From a virus (taxonomy: Duplodnaviria > Caudoviricetes), in IMG/VR virus record IMGVR_UViG_2974766419_000001, positions 1 to 64,000 of that record: 64,000 bases of DNA; one strand, 5' to 3'. The first letter of the stretch is position 1; each line of letters opens with the position of its first letter. The translations under genes and the position numbers were made by a program. The notes beneath the pieces were generated by a model, which searched no databases, had not been told where the DNA came from, and saw nothing but the letters and a program-made list of their open reading frames with translations. Positions 34,289-44,252 of this stretch are shown piece by piece.

Positions 34289-36021
34289 CGATCTCGTACT
34301 CGGATTGGGAGCCGGAGCCGGAGCGCCAGGCTCGGCTGGAGCGTGCGCGGCAGGAGATCCTGTACGGCGATCCGATGACCGCGGCCGACGCTGCCGAGCG
34401 CCTGGCCGAGGAAGAGTCGGTCATCAGTCAGGAGTGGGTCGTTTCGATTCACGACAAGCTCTGGCGGCGCGCCGGCGAGTTCGGCGAGGACGTGATTTCG
34501 CTGGAAGGGTCGGACCCGCGCAACGGGTTGCCGACCTCCACGCTGAAGGTGAAGGGCAACTGCGAGTTCACCGACATGCTGATGAGCTGCAAGAGCACGT
34601 TCGTCGGCCTGATGGTAGAGACCGGCGGCATCCGTATGCCGTTCTATGTCGACTCGTTCGACTACGAGTTCGAGGACGGCGCGTGGGTGGGCACCGCGCA
34701 GCTGCTCGGCATCTACGACATCCTCAACTACATCGTCATCTGGCCGACGTGGTGGCTGCCGCTGGCCGCGCAGCCGTTCTCCCACGCCATCTACATCGGC
34801 GGGCTGTGCACCTGCATCGAAGCGATGATCATGGAGAACTCGCTGCGGCTCCAGTCGGGCATCTGGGAGTTCGTCAACAACGTGGTGTCGCTCAACCCTG
34901 ACATGCGCGCCTGGATTGGCACGCTGCTTCAGTCGAACGGCAACATCTTCGACATGCTGAAGACGCCCATCTACGTGGTGCGCACCAACCCGCTGCTCGA
35001 TACGAGTCCGCTGGTCGCGCGCACGGTGCGGATGGAGACGTGCGGCGCTGTCATCGACGACATCACCCGCGCCTACGGGGTGACGGTGAGCGTGGACCTG
35101 TGGCTGCCGGGCGACGAGCAGCCGGACTACTGGACCAAGAACTTCGCGTCGATGCGGCTCACCCAGCCGACGTACGTGGTGACCGTCAAGGACCGCTCGC
35201 GGATCACCGGCCCGACCGGCACGGTGATCGACTCGGCGGTGCGTCAGGTGGTCGATGTGGCCGGGTCGTTCTTCGGTGACCTGCTGCCGATCATTCAGAA
35301 GGTGCCAGGTCGCGACGGGGTGTACATCTCCGAGCAGCTGGGCGTCGACTACGTGGGGCCGTGGGCACTGCTGATCGCGCCCGAGCCGGGGGAGAAGGGC
35401 AACGTCGTCACCTGCCGGATCAGCTTCCACACGCCGAAAGGCTGGCAGCACATCATCGGCGGTCGCAGCCCGAAGTGGCTCAACGACCTGATGAACGCGA
35501 CATTCTCCTGGATGATCGACGCGCTCTCGATCCTGATCGGTTTCACTGGAATCCCCAGCAATCTGCTGGAGGGGTTCATGAACAACACCCTGCTGGCGTT
35601 CCAGCTGGTGCAGAACTACGCGCGGCGCAACGAGGTCGGCCCGTATCACCCTGGCATCGAGGTGTTCCACGCGACGGCCAGCGCCCCGTACAACATCGAG
35701 ACGGTGTTCGGCTTCATCAACGCCATGTGGGATTCGCGCGGCTGGGTGTCGGCGATCGTGACGTTCCGCAACGGCGAGGTGTACACCCTCGGCAAGGATG
35801 TCTTCAAGGGCGGGCTGATCTCTCTTCTTTACATGGAGAGGACGCGAATCTTCACCGACTACATCGAAGAGATCAAGTTTCGACTCGACGCTACGCACCG
35901 CGATATTCTCGTGCAGATAGGTGACGGGAAAGCTGAAGAGTCCCCGTTGGCGAAGCACCAGCGGTTCATGACCGGAATCCTGGAGTCCATCAACGTGGCA
36001 CTCCTGACACCGCAAAGCTAG
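34276..36021 (+). CDS. Minor tail protein (baseplate hub-like)
   Basis: Position; LNY..IWP...PL.AQP...GG.SP.WLN pattern. Confidence 0.85.
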   Translation: MADVTISYSDWEPEPERQARLERARQEILYGDPMTAADAAERLAEEESVISQEWVVSIHDKLWRRAGEFGEDVISLEGSDPRNGLPTSTLKVKGNCEFTDMLMSCKSTFVGLMVETGGIRMPFYVDSFDYEFEDGAWVGTAQLLGIYDILNYIVIWPTWWLPLAAQPFSHAIYIGGLCTCIEAMIMENSLRLQSGIWEFVNNVVSLNPDMRAWIGTLLQSNGNIFDMLKTPIYVVRTNPLLDTSPLVARTVRMETCGAVIDDITRAYGVTVSVDLWLPGDEQPDYWTKNFASMRLTQPTYVVTVKDRSRITGPTGTVIDSAVRQVVDVAGSFFGDLLPIIQKVPGRDGVYISEQLGVDYVGPWALLIAPEPGEKGNVVTCRISFHTPKGWQHIIGGRSPKWLNDLMNATFSWMIDALSILIGFTGIPSNLLEGFMNNTLLAFQLVQNYARRNEVGPYHPGIEVFHATASAPYNIETVFGFINAMWDSRGWVSAIVTFRNGEVYTLGKDVFKGGLISLLYMERTRIFTDYIEEIKFRLDATHRDILVQIGDGKAEESPLAKHQRFMTGILESINVALLTPQS

Positions 36022-36060
36022 GGGTGTTCGGTTTCCGAACACCCAAGGGAGGCGAACGTT

Positions 36061-36909
36061 GTGGCAGTGACCAACTGGACTGTGACGGTCATCGACGGCA
36101 AGCAGTACCTCGTCATCGAGGTGGCACAGTTCCGCGTCCCGCTCGACTGGGACCCCTCGTCCAACATGTTCATCGCGGTCGCCGCGCCCGACGGCGGCCT
36201 GGGCAACTTCCCCGCCCTGGTGCGCGGCGAGAACGGCGAAACCCCTGAGCTCGATTCGGTCATCGACTTCACCCCGCTCGCCTGGAATGATCCGACGCCT
36301 GACTTCGCGTCGTGGACCGAGACCAGCGAGAACGTGTATCGGCTCAGCCTGGGCCTGCACACCGGCGCGCCCGGCGACGCGGGTCCGATCAACCTGGCCG
36401 ACGCCGAGGACCTGGCGGGTGCGCTCGCCGCGGGCAAGCTCATCGCCGTCAACGCCACTGCCGACGGGTTTGAGCTGGTGTCACCGAAGGTCGGCGACAT
36501 GTACTGGCCTGCCACCATCAACAACACTCCCTCCGGCAACACCGCATACACGCTGTGCCCTGTGCCCATCCCTGCGCAGCCCTTCGACTGGCGGCCCGAG
36601 CCGCAGGGCTGGTGCGTCATCACCGGCACCGGCCCCAACGTGCAGGCTGATCTGATCGCGCGGCTCGACAACGCGGCGTCCGGCAACATCGTCGGCCGCG
36701 GCCGCGGGCACGTCGGGCAGAACACCGAGGGCTTCGCCACCAACCTGGCGGCCGGTCCACCGCCCGGCTCGGCTGCCGACTACAACAAGGTGCCAGCGGG
36801 CCAGGAGGCCGTCATCTACCTGCGTGTGGAGCGCCAGTCCGGCTCTGACACGTTCACCACCACCGCTTCCGCCACCTACTTCAGCGTGCGGGTCCAGCCG
36901 ATTCCATGA
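36061..36909 (+). CDS. Minor tail protein
   Basis: AVAAP.GG.G.FPALVRG..G.TP...PFDWRP pattern. Confidence 0.8.
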   Translation: MAVTNWTVTVIDGKQYLVIEVAQFRVPLDWDPSSNMFIAVAAPDGGLGNFPALVRGENGETPELDSVIDFTPLAWNDPTPDFASWTETSENVYRLSLGLHTGAPGDAGPINLADAEDLAGALAAGKLIAVNATADGFELVSPKVGDMYWPATINNTPSGNTAYTLCPVPIPAQPFDWRPEPQGWCVITGTGPNVQADLIARLDNAASGNIVGRGRGHVGQNTEGFATNLAAGPPPGSAADYNKVPAGQEAVIYLRVERQSGSDTFTTTASATYFSVRVQPIP

Positions 36910-39416
36910 CCGAACCCGAAGGTGAAATCCCTGACTGGGTGCGCAAGGTACCCCGTCAGGTCAGGAAGCTGCCTCCCAATAACCAGTGGGAGGGCATCTC
37001 TGAGGAGATGATGCAGCAGCTGCGCGGGCAGCTGTTGGAGAGCATTCTGTCTGCCGTCGTGCAGGCCATCCGCGGGCTGTTCGTGCCGGGGCCGTTCGGG
37101 TCGGCGGCCGAGCAGTTGGAGCAGTGGGCGCAGGGCCTCGGCGCCGAGATCATCGCGAAGATCTACGAACTGACTGGCATCAACCTGTCATCGTGGGACG
37201 CGTTTCTGGAGTCGCTGTCCGACGGCAAGGGCATCGACCTGCCGTTCGTCGGCAACGCGCTCAACGCGCTGTCGGCGTTCTTTGGCGGCATCGACTGGGA
37301 GAACCCGCCCAGCCCTGGCGAGGTGTGGCGCGCTGTGGTGGCCGCGTTCATCCAGCCCCTGAACCTTCTGCTTGGGCCGAACTCGCCGCTCAACCCGGCG
37401 AAGCTCAACGAAAATCTGTGGCCGCTCGGCGCGTTCCCCAGCGATTCGGTCGCGGGCGGCGGCGGGTGGACGTTCGACTCCAGTGTGACTCGCACCGCCG
37501 GGTCGACCGGCTCGGTGAAGGTTGTCGCCGACGGCACGATGAAGGCGCTGCTGGGCATCCCGGCTGCCGTGGTGGAAGATCAGCAGGTCGACCTGTCGGT
37601 GTTCGTCAAATGGGCTGACTACGTGGGCACCGCCGCACCCATCCAGCTTCAGGTGGCCGAGTACAGCGGCGTCGGAGCGTCAGCCAGCCGCGTCGGCGAG
37701 ACGGTCGTCGTGTCGCTCGGCCCGCCCACCTCAGCAGGCGGGTGGTCGGAGCTGGCCGGCACCTACACGGTGCCCGAAGGCGTGGACGAGATTCGCCCGC
37801 GCCTGGTGGTGACGCAGGGCGCGACCGCGGGCACATTCCACTTCGATGATGTGGTCGGCCGCAACAAGCTGATCCTCGACTGGATCGCCAACCTGCCCGA
37901 GCAGCTGCAAGACCTGCTGGGCCGCATTCAGGCGCTCATTGATTCTGTGGTGCAGGCGTTCACCGGGGCCAACTCGCTGGGCAACAAGCTCGAAGAGTTC
38001 CTGTTTGCGCTCAGCAACATTCGACCTGAGAACATCGTCGGCGTCCTTGGTCCCGGCACCATCGGCGAGGCCATCGAGAAGCTGGTAGACCAGCTCGTCT
38101 CCGGCATCGTCGGCGAGGACGGTGAAGGCGCGGGCCTGGCCGATCTGCGCGAGCTGATCGAGAAAATCTCCTCCCAGTCGTGGCTCGGCAAGGCGGCGTT
38201 CGCGTTGCTCGGCAAGCGGGACAACAAATCGCTCAACGCTGGGCTGATCCGCTCAGAGCGGTCCAACTTCAACCTGTCCGAGATCAACGACTCCTTCACC
38301 ATCGCGCCGGGCACCGCGCGGATCGCCTTCGACATCATCGAAGAGTCCATGCCGATCGGCGCTATCTCGTGGATCGGCTGGGGCATCGCGGGCATCACCG
38401 AGTTCTACGTGTACGTCTACCGCATCGGCAACCTCAACCAGCCGGGCGGCAAAGCTGAGCAGCTGTGGCAGTCGCCCAACGTGGTGGGTGTCCTGGAGGG
38501 GACCAGCTCACCTGGCGCATACAACCGCTGCCCTGTCGATGAGCCGATCGCCGCTGAGGCGGGCGACCTGCTGGCCTACGTGTTCGTCTCGGTCGGCGGT
38601 TCGCACACCATCCGCGGTCGCAGCGAAAACCTGCCGTTCGACAACTCGGCTGCCGCGCCGGTCGGTGCCCGCGGTGCCACCCACACCATCACCGGAGATC
38701 CCGACGCGCTGCCAGAAGAGCTCACCAAGGACGACATCGACTGGTCCAACGAGGTGCCGTGGGTGGGTATCGCGGTGGACATCGGCGACGGCGGCGCGTA
38801 CCGCGACCCCGAGCAGCTTCAGCTCAACTCGGCCACCTCCCTGCCCATCCCGAACTGGTGTGACAGGGTGGATGTCATCGTGCTCGGCAAGGGTGGCAAC
38901 GCGGCCGACGGGTTCGCCGGGTTCTACGGAAATGCTGGGTCGCCCGGCTCGTACAACGAGGTCACCTGGGTGCGCGGTGAACATTTCACCGGCACGACGA
39001 TCCTCACCTACGACGGCACCGCCGTTTCTATCCCTGGATTCTCGGTGACCGGCAACAACGGTGCGAACGGCGTCGGGCAACGCCTCGCCGTGTTCGGCCC
39101 GCCCGTTGGTCGCGGCCCCGGCAGCCACGAGTACAACGGACTCAAGGCTGTCGGTGGCGCGGACCAGACCACCCTCGGCGGAAACGGCACAACACCGGGC
39201 GGCGCGGCCAACGGTGGGCACTGGCTCGGCCTGTACACCCAAGGCGGCAACGGCGGCAAGGGCCGCGCCTGGATCCAGTTCCGGCAAGAGGTGGTCGGTG
39301 AGATCATCAGCGAGCCGGACGACACCCCACCGGACATCAGCGGCATGGAGGTCGAGGTCGTGTCCAGCAACACCAGCAGCATCACCCTGACAATCTCGGG
39401 AGCGGTCGATGCCTAG
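36906..39416 (+). CDS. Large minor tail protein (carbohydrate-binding-like and Gly-rich domains; ends with half an FN3 domain)
   Basis: ATGA overlap; GGNGGKG Gly-rich region; C-terminus DTPP...TSSITLTISGAVDA. Confidence 0.85.
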   Translation: MTEPEGEIPDWVRKVPRQVRKLPPNNQWEGISEEMMQQLRGQLLESILSAVVQAIRGLFVPGPFGSAAEQLEQWAQGLGAEIIAKIYELTGINLSSWDAFLESLSDGKGIDLPFVGNALNALSAFFGGIDWENPPSPGEVWRAVVAAFIQPLNLLLGPNSPLNPAKLNENLWPLGAFPSDSVAGGGGWTFDSSVTRTAGSTGSVKVVADGTMKALLGIPAAVVEDQQVDLSVFVKWADYVGTAAPIQLQVAEYSGVGASASRVGETVVVSLGPPTSAGGWSELAGTYTVPEGVDEIRPRLVVTQGATAGTFHFDDVVGRNKLILDWIANLPEQLQDLLGRIQALIDSVVQAFTGANSLGNKLEEFLFALSNIRPENIVGVLGPGTIGEAIEKLVDQLVSGIVGEDGEGAGLADLRELIEKISSQSWLGKAAFALLGKRDNKSLNAGLIRSERSNFNLSEINDSFTIAPGTARIAFDIIEESMPIGAISWIGWGIAGITEFYVYVYRIGNLNQPGGKAEQLWQSPNVVGVLEGTSSPGAYNRCPVDEPIAAEAGDLLAYVFVSVGGSHTIRGRSENLPFDNSAAAPVGARGATHTITGDPDALPEELTKDDIDWSNEVPWVGIAVDIGDGGAYRDPEQLQLNSATSLPIPNWCDRVDVIVLGKGGNAADGFAGFYGNAGSPGSYNEVTWVRGEHFTGTTILTYDGTAVSIPGFSVTGNNGANGVGQRLAVFGPPVGRGPGSHEYNGLKAVGGADQTTLGGNGTTPGGAANGGHWLGLYTQGGNGGKGRAWIQFRQEVVGEIISEPDDTPPDISGMEVEVVSSNTSSITLTISGAVDA

Positions 39417-40899
39417 CGGACTGCGCGGCTACAACGTCTTCCTCGACGGGGTGAAGATCAACAACGATCCCATCCCCAACGGCGGGACGGTCCCCCTGGC
39501 GGGCCTGTCGCAGGCGACCGACTACTCCAGCCGGATCACCGTCACCGCCATCGACAAGGCGGGCAACGAATCCGAACCGGTGACACTGGCCGACCTGGGG
39601 ACGACCGCCACGACGACAGTGCCCAGCCCTGACGATCCGCTGCCGGCCGACATCACGGCGGCCATCGACGCGCTGGTGGCGTCCAAGCTGAAGCCCAACA
39701 CCAAGACTGATGGCGCGCTGGTCGGCATCGTCACGCCCAATGGCAGCTACTACAAGGCATACGGCGGCGACCGCACCTCGGGCCAGACCCTGACCTTGGC
39801 GCACCGGACCCGCTACGGCTCCATCTCCAAGATGTACTGCAACACCCTGGTGCTGGCGCAGATCGACGCGGGCCACATCTCGTTCGATGACACCCTCGAT
39901 CAGTTCGTGTCGGGGGTGGCCAACGGCGACAAGATCACCATCCGGCACCTATTGATGATGCAGTCGGGGATCAAGGATTACCTGGGTGAGGACGCGGCGG
40001 TGCAGCAGTCGTATTTCCTCAACCCCACCTCGACGTTCGACCCCATGCCCTACATCCGCAGCTATGAGCCGATGTATGAGCCGGGCGAGTCTTCGTCCTA
40101 CTCCAACTCGAACACGATTCTCCTGGGGAAAATTCTGGAGTGGTGTGACGCCGAGTATGGGTCGGGGCGCGGCATCCGGCAGATCATCCTCGAGGACGCC
40201 TGCGCAACGCTCGGCCTGGACGAGACCGAGTGGCCGACCGGCAACTACCTGTCCCCGCCCTACATGCGGGGCTGGACGCCGAACCTGGCGCTGCCGCAGA
40301 TTCAGGCGCTGCTCGGCCCGCTGGCGTTCCTGGCCGGACTGTTCGGCTATCCGACCGCAGCGGAGCTGGAGTGGACCGCGGTGTCGACCACCTGGGCCGG
40401 CGCGGCCGGTTCCCTCGGCGGCACCATCTACGACCTGGTGAAGTTCGGCGAGCATCTGCGCGACGGGACGCTGCTGTCACCGGAGATGAAGCGCAGGCAA
40501 GAGGAAGAGTTCGTCACCTACGTCACCTACGACCCGAAGGGGCCGTGGGAGGGGCCGGGGTGGATGGGATTCGGGCTGAACACCATCCTGTTCGGCTACT
40601 GGCAGGGCTGGATCGGTAACCTCGGCGGCTATATCTCGGTGCTGTTCTACAACAAGCGCGACGGGTCGATCATCGCGTTGTCGCTGAACAACTTCACCGC
40701 CGAGTCGGTGGACCTGTTCTACCGGATCGCCTACCTGCTGAAGCCGGAGGATTCGGTGCTGTCGCCGTGGATTCTGCGGCCGCGCGGCAAGATCGGTTCA
40801 ACCTCGAAGGTCGGCAAGCCTGGCGTGTACGTTTACCACGAGCCAGGTGATGAAGACGGCAACACCGAAGTTCCCCTCAAGGTTCCGTTCTACATCTGA
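39409..40899 (+). CDS. Minor tail protein: partial FN3 + D-Ala-D-Ala carboxypeptidase/beta-lactamase-like serine hydrolase
   Basis: GSISK (SxxK), YSNSN (YxN), GNLGGY; N-terminal GYNVFLDG...AIDKAGNES. Confidence 0.88.
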   Translation: MPSGLRGYNVFLDGVKINNDPIPNGGTVPLAGLSQATDYSSRITVTAIDKAGNESEPVTLADLGTTATTTVPSPDDPLPADITAAIDALVASKLKPNTKTDGALVGIVTPNGSYYKAYGGDRTSGQTLTLAHRTRYGSISKMYCNTLVLAQIDAGHISFDDTLDQFVSGVANGDKITIRHLLMMQSGIKDYLGEDAAVQQSYFLNPTSTFDPMPYIRSYEPMYEPGESSSYSNSNTILLGKILEWCDAEYGSGRGIRQIILEDACATLGLDETEWPTGNYLSPPYMRGWTPNLALPQIQALLGPLAFLAGLFGYPTAAELEWTAVSTTWAGAAGSLGGTIYDLVKFGEHLRDGTLLSPEMKRRQEEEFVTYVTYDPKGPWEGPGWMGFGLNTILFGYWQGWIGNLGGYISVLFYNKRDGSIIALSLNNFTAESVDLFYRIAYLLKPEDSVLSPWILRPRGKIGSTSKVGKPGVYVYHEPGDEDGNTEVPLKVPFYI

Positions 40900-40910
40900 A
40901 GGAGAAGGAA

Positions 40911-41312
40911 GTGGCAAACGCGCTCTACGCCAAGTACAAGGAGAAGGTGCTCGCCGGTGGCGTCTCCTGGACCGGCGACAACATCAAGGTGGCACTGGTC
41001 GACGCCGACGATTACACCGTGGACCTCGACGCCGACGAGTTCCTGGACGACATCGCCAGCGGCGCGATCATCGCCACGTCAGCAAACCTTGGATCGAAGA
41101 CGGTCACCGGAGGTGTGGCCGACGCAGCGAACGTCACGTTCACTGCGGTCAGCGGCGACATTTCCGAGGCGCTGGTGATCTTCAAGGACACCGGCACCGC
41201 ATCCACCTCGCCGCTCATCGCCTACATCGACGACGCGGATGGCCTGGCGGTGACACCGAACGGCGGCGACATCACCGTTATCTGGCCTGACGACGGCATC
41301 TTCGAGCTGTAA
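40911..41312 (+). CDS. Minor tail/virion protein (133 aa)
   Basis: GAAGGAG SD; IKVALVD...ADAANVTF...LIAYID...NGGDIT. Confidence 0.75.
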   Translation: MANALYAKYKEKVLAGGVSWTGDNIKVALVDADDYTVDLDADEFLDDIASGAIIATSANLGSKTVTGGVADAANVTFTAVSGDISEALVIFKDTGTASTSPLIAYIDDADGLAVTPNGGDITVIWPDDGIFEL

Positions 41313-41315
41313 CTC

Positions 41316-41717
41316 ATGGCTGTCGTTGGATGGTGGGCCGAGGCGTTCGTCGCGACTGAACGCATCGCGTCGACGGCTGCGGTGGGCGCCCCCACGGTGG
41401 AGGTCGGCGCGCTTCCTGTGTACCTGGAGCGGATCGAATCGACCTCCGCGGTGCATCGGCCTGTCGTCATCGGCCCGCTTCAATTCATCGAGCCAGCCAA
41501 GATCGCGTCGAAGTCGTTGGTCACCTCGCCCGTCGTGGCGGTGGGCGGCGTGACCGCCGAGCCAACCAAGATCGGATCGACATCTTCAGTAGGGTCGCCC
41601 ACCATCGAGGTCGGCCCGGTCTCCGTCGAGCCGGTGCGCATCGAGTCGACCTCCGTGGTGCACGGCGGCCGGGTGTTCCGCGCCGGTGTTCCCTACACAG
41701 TCCCCTTCACGATCTAG
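41316..41717 (+). CDS. Minor tail protein with five ~20-aa repeats
   Basis: Repeats of type I.S...VG.P.V..G; ends PYTVPFTI*. Confidence 0.75.
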   Translation: MAVVGWWAEAFVATERIASTAAVGAPTVEVGALPVYLERIESTSAVHRPVVIGPLQFIEPAKIASKSLVTSPVVAVGGVTAEPTKIGSTSSVGSPTIEVGPVSVEPVRIESTSVVHGGRVFRAGVPYTVPFTI

Positions 41718-41726
41718 GAGAGTTGG

Positions 41727-41951
41727 ATGCCCGAGATTAACGGCCAGCAGTGGACCCGAGAGGAAATCCACGAGGCACTCAAGGACGGCCGCGTGGAAGA
41801 GGTGTGGCCCGGCGGCCGCTTCGCCCCGATCGACGCTAACGGCAACGAGGTGGCGCGCGAGGATTGGGATGGCGACATGGGCCGCCTGTGGTTTGCTGAT
41901 GGCAGCCACGTGAAGATCAACTTCCGCCGCACCTACCCGGCAAAGAACTAA
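41727..41951 (+). CDS. Hypothetical protein (74 aa)
   Basis: AGGAG SD. Confidence 0.7.
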   Translation: MPEINGQQWTREEIHEALKDGRVEEVWPGGRFAPIDANGNEVAREDWDGDMGRLWFADGSHVKINFRRTYPAKN

Positions 41952-41963
41952 GGAGGGTCCGCG

Positions 41964-42152
41964 ATGGCACTACCCACCAACTGGGTCGATGAGATCGGCA
42001 TGGAGGTGGATGCCGCCTACCTCAACGACGTCGGCGAAACCGTCAACGAGCTGGACGACGCCCTGGACGGCAAGAGCCTCCGCGTCATGTCGCAGGCCAC
42101 CTACGATGGCCTCGGCTCGAAGGACTCGAACACTGTCTATGTGGTGACGTAA
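41964..42152 (+). CDS. Small tail-fibre-associated protein (62 aa)
   Basis: MSQATYDGL..KDSNTVYVV motif; GGAGG SD. Confidence 0.7.
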   Translation: MALPTNWVDEIGMEVDAAYLNDVGETVNELDDALDGKSLRVMSQATYDGLGSKDSNTVYVVT

Positions 42153-42838
42153 TGGCGCTCAAGGTTGGCAGCTCCGACGTGGCCGGCGTGTACGTCGGCA
42201 GCAACATGGTCAAAGGTGTGTACGTCGGCAGCACAAAGGTGTGGGCACCGGCGGCGTACGACAACTGTGCGGGTGCCAACGGTCTGGGCAGCGGCACCAG
42301 CTTCAGCTTCACGGCAGCCGCTGGTGCTGACGTGTTCGCGGTGCTGACCTATGACCGCACAGCGTCGCCGGGCACGCCTACCTACAACGGCGTGGCGATG
42401 TCGCACTACATGACCCTCTACCACAACAACACCGCCAGCACGGGTGGGCTGATGATCTGGCGGGCGGCCAAGGCGGGCACCGGATCAGCCGCTACGGTCG
42501 TGTCGCCGTCGGCAGGCAGCGCCTGGTGGTCTTTCGCCGCCATCTCGTTCCGCGACGTGCACACCCTGCACACCCCGCAGACCGCCTACAACTACACCCA
42601 GAATCCGTCGGTTTCGTGGACCCTGGCTCCCGGCCAGGTCGCCCTGTTTGCGCTGGGCGGCGGCAACGGCGGCGGCTCAATGGGTGCGTACTCGTCCATC
42701 TCGGGTGTGACCACCAGGTACACGGCAGGAAACGCCGGTAGCTCCATTGTGGTGGCCGCGCCTGAAGCGTCCGGTTCGATGTCCTGCAGCGGCGCATTCC
42801 AGCACCGCTGGGCGAACATCGTCATCCCGATGAGCTGA
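42152..42838 (+). CDS. Minor tail protein (228 aa)
   Basis: VYVGS..VKGVYVGSTKVW N-terminal motif; Ser/Ala/Gly beta-rich domain. Confidence 0.75.
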   Translation: MALKVGSSDVAGVYVGSNMVKGVYVGSTKVWAPAAYDNCAGANGLGSGTSFSFTAAAGADVFAVLTYDRTASPGTPTYNGVAMSHYMTLYHNNTASTGGLMIWRAAKAGTGSAATVVSPSAGSAWWSFAAISFRDVHTLHTPQTAYNYTQNPSVSWTLAPGQVALFALGGGNGGGSMGAYSSISGVTTRYTAGNAGSSIVVAAPEASGSMSCSGAFQHRWANIVIPMS

Positions 42839-42957
42839 TGCGCGCGCTCGGCTGTGGTGTGCTCGTCGGTGCGGCGGTGCTCGCCGCGGTCGGCTGGGCG
42901 CACATGTGGGGATGCCCGATCTTTGATGCGGAGGTGTTCGGTTTCCGAACACCCTGA
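42838..42957 (+). CDS. Possible small membrane peptide (39 aa)
   Basis: TGATG overlap; hydrophobic LGCGVLVGAAVLAAVGWA; runs through an operator. Confidence 0.4.
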   Translation: MRALGCGVLVGAAVLAAVGWAHMWGCPIFDAEVFGFRTP

Positions 42958-43006
42958 TGCGTTTTGAGGTGTTCGGTTTCCGAACACCCCGCGTAGCATC
43001 AACCAC

Positions 43007-44251
43007 ATGGCGGCCACCAAAGACCAGGTTGCGCAGATCATCGTGACCGAGGCCAAGGCGCGCGGCTACACCCGCGAAGAGACCCGGGCCATCATGTCGA
43101 TGTTGTATCAGGAGTCGCGCTGGGACGAGACGATCTGGGGTCCGTCCGGCAAGAAGATCACCTACGGCATCGCGCAGCAGGACGGCTCCTACCCGAACCG
43201 CTTCAACGGGGCCGCGGCGCAGATCAAAGGCTTCTTCGACAAGTTCGACGTGTGGCGGCGCAAGCCCGGCGCGTCCGGCGACATCTGGCTGGACATCGCG
43301 TGGATGCAGCAGGCACCCAACTGGGAGAGTGCGGCCTACTGGTACGCCAGCGGTCGCCGCGCCTACCTCACCGAGATCAAGCAGCACATCAACACGGTGA
43401 CCCCCTACCTCGACAAGTACTGGCCCAGCACCACAGGAGGAACGGTGGCCGTCTCAGGCGACCCGGTTTGGCTCGAAGATGTTCTCCGGCCCGCGCTCGG
43501 TGACCGGCTGCGCACCCTGCCCGGCTGGAAGACCGATGGTGTCGGCGGCACCATGAAGGAAATCTGGGGCATCATGTGGCACCACACCGGCAACTCCAAC
43601 GAGAAGCCGGAGTCGATCAGCGTCGGCCGCCCCGACCTGCGCGGGCCGCTCGCCCAGATTCACATCGCGCCCAGCGGCATCGTCACCATCGTCGCGGTCG
43701 GCCCCTGCAACCACGCGGGCCTCGGTTCCTACCCTGGACTGCCCACCAACAACGCCAACCAGTACACCATCGGCATCGAGTGCGCCTGGCCCACTCCGCG
43801 CAAAGACCTGCCGCTGGGCTACGACCCGAACGAGCGGTGGCCCGACGCGCAGATCATCTCGATGCGCGACGTCGGCGCGGCCATCACCAAGCACCTCGGC
43901 TTCGACGCGTCGCGCAACATCAGCCACAAGGAGTGGGCCGGCGCAGCGCAGGGCAAATGGGACCCCGGCAACCTGGACATGAACTGGTTCCGCGGTGAAA
44001 TTCAGAAGGACATGGACGGGTTCGTGTTCCCCGGCGAAACCCCCGGTGAAGCGCCGCAGCAGCCCGGCCCGATCTTGGCGCCCGACTACACCAAGGAGGT
44101 GTGGGACCAGCTGCGCATCGAATGGCCGCAGCTGGGCGGGCGCACCCTGGTCGACGCGGTGGCCGCGATCGGGGAGAAGCTGGGCATCCCTGGCTGCTAC
44201 GACGTGAAGGCCAGGACCTCACGGTTCGCGCAGCTCGACATCAAGGAGTGA
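43007..44251 (+). CDS. lysA: Lysin A (N-terminal hydrolase-like domain + amidase-2 + C-terminal binding domain)
   Basis: GIMWHHTG...GPLAQ...HAG...IGIE...HKEW...KWDPG Zn-amidase motifs. Confidence 0.93.
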   Translation: MAATKDQVAQIIVTEAKARGYTREETRAIMSMLYQESRWDETIWGPSGKKITYGIAQQDGSYPNRFNGAAAQIKGFFDKFDVWRRKPGASGDIWLDIAWMQQAPNWESAAYWYASGRRAYLTEIKQHINTVTPYLDKYWPSTTGGTVAVSGDPVWLEDVLRPALGDRLRTLPGWKTDGVGGTMKEIWGIMWHHTGNSNEKPESISVGRPDLRGPLAQIHIAPSGIVTIVAVGPCNHAGLGSYPGLPTNNANQYTIGIECAWPTPRKDLPLGYDPNERWPDAQIISMRDVGAAITKHLGFDASRNISHKEWAGAAQGKWDPGNLDMNWFRGEIQKDMDGFVFPGETPGEAPQQPGPILAPDYTKEVWDQLRIEWPQLGGRTLVDAVAAIGEKLGIPGCYDVKARTSRFAQLDIKE

Positions 44252-44252
44252 C

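Noticed and set aside
34006-36360. Long antisense or alternative-frame ORFs (e.g. 34006-36360, 30874-32658, 50379-52031, 14106-15224, 32075 upstream extension)
   Set aside because: Shadows of real genes caused by high GC3; no SD, low-complexity or Arg/Ala/Gly-rich translations, no family motifs.
39409-40899. Beta-lactamase antibiotic-resistance gene
   Set aside because: SxxK/YxN fold is present, but the gene lies among minor tail genes with no signal peptide and has tail-type repeats; a virion D-Ala-D-Ala carboxypeptidase-like role fits better.
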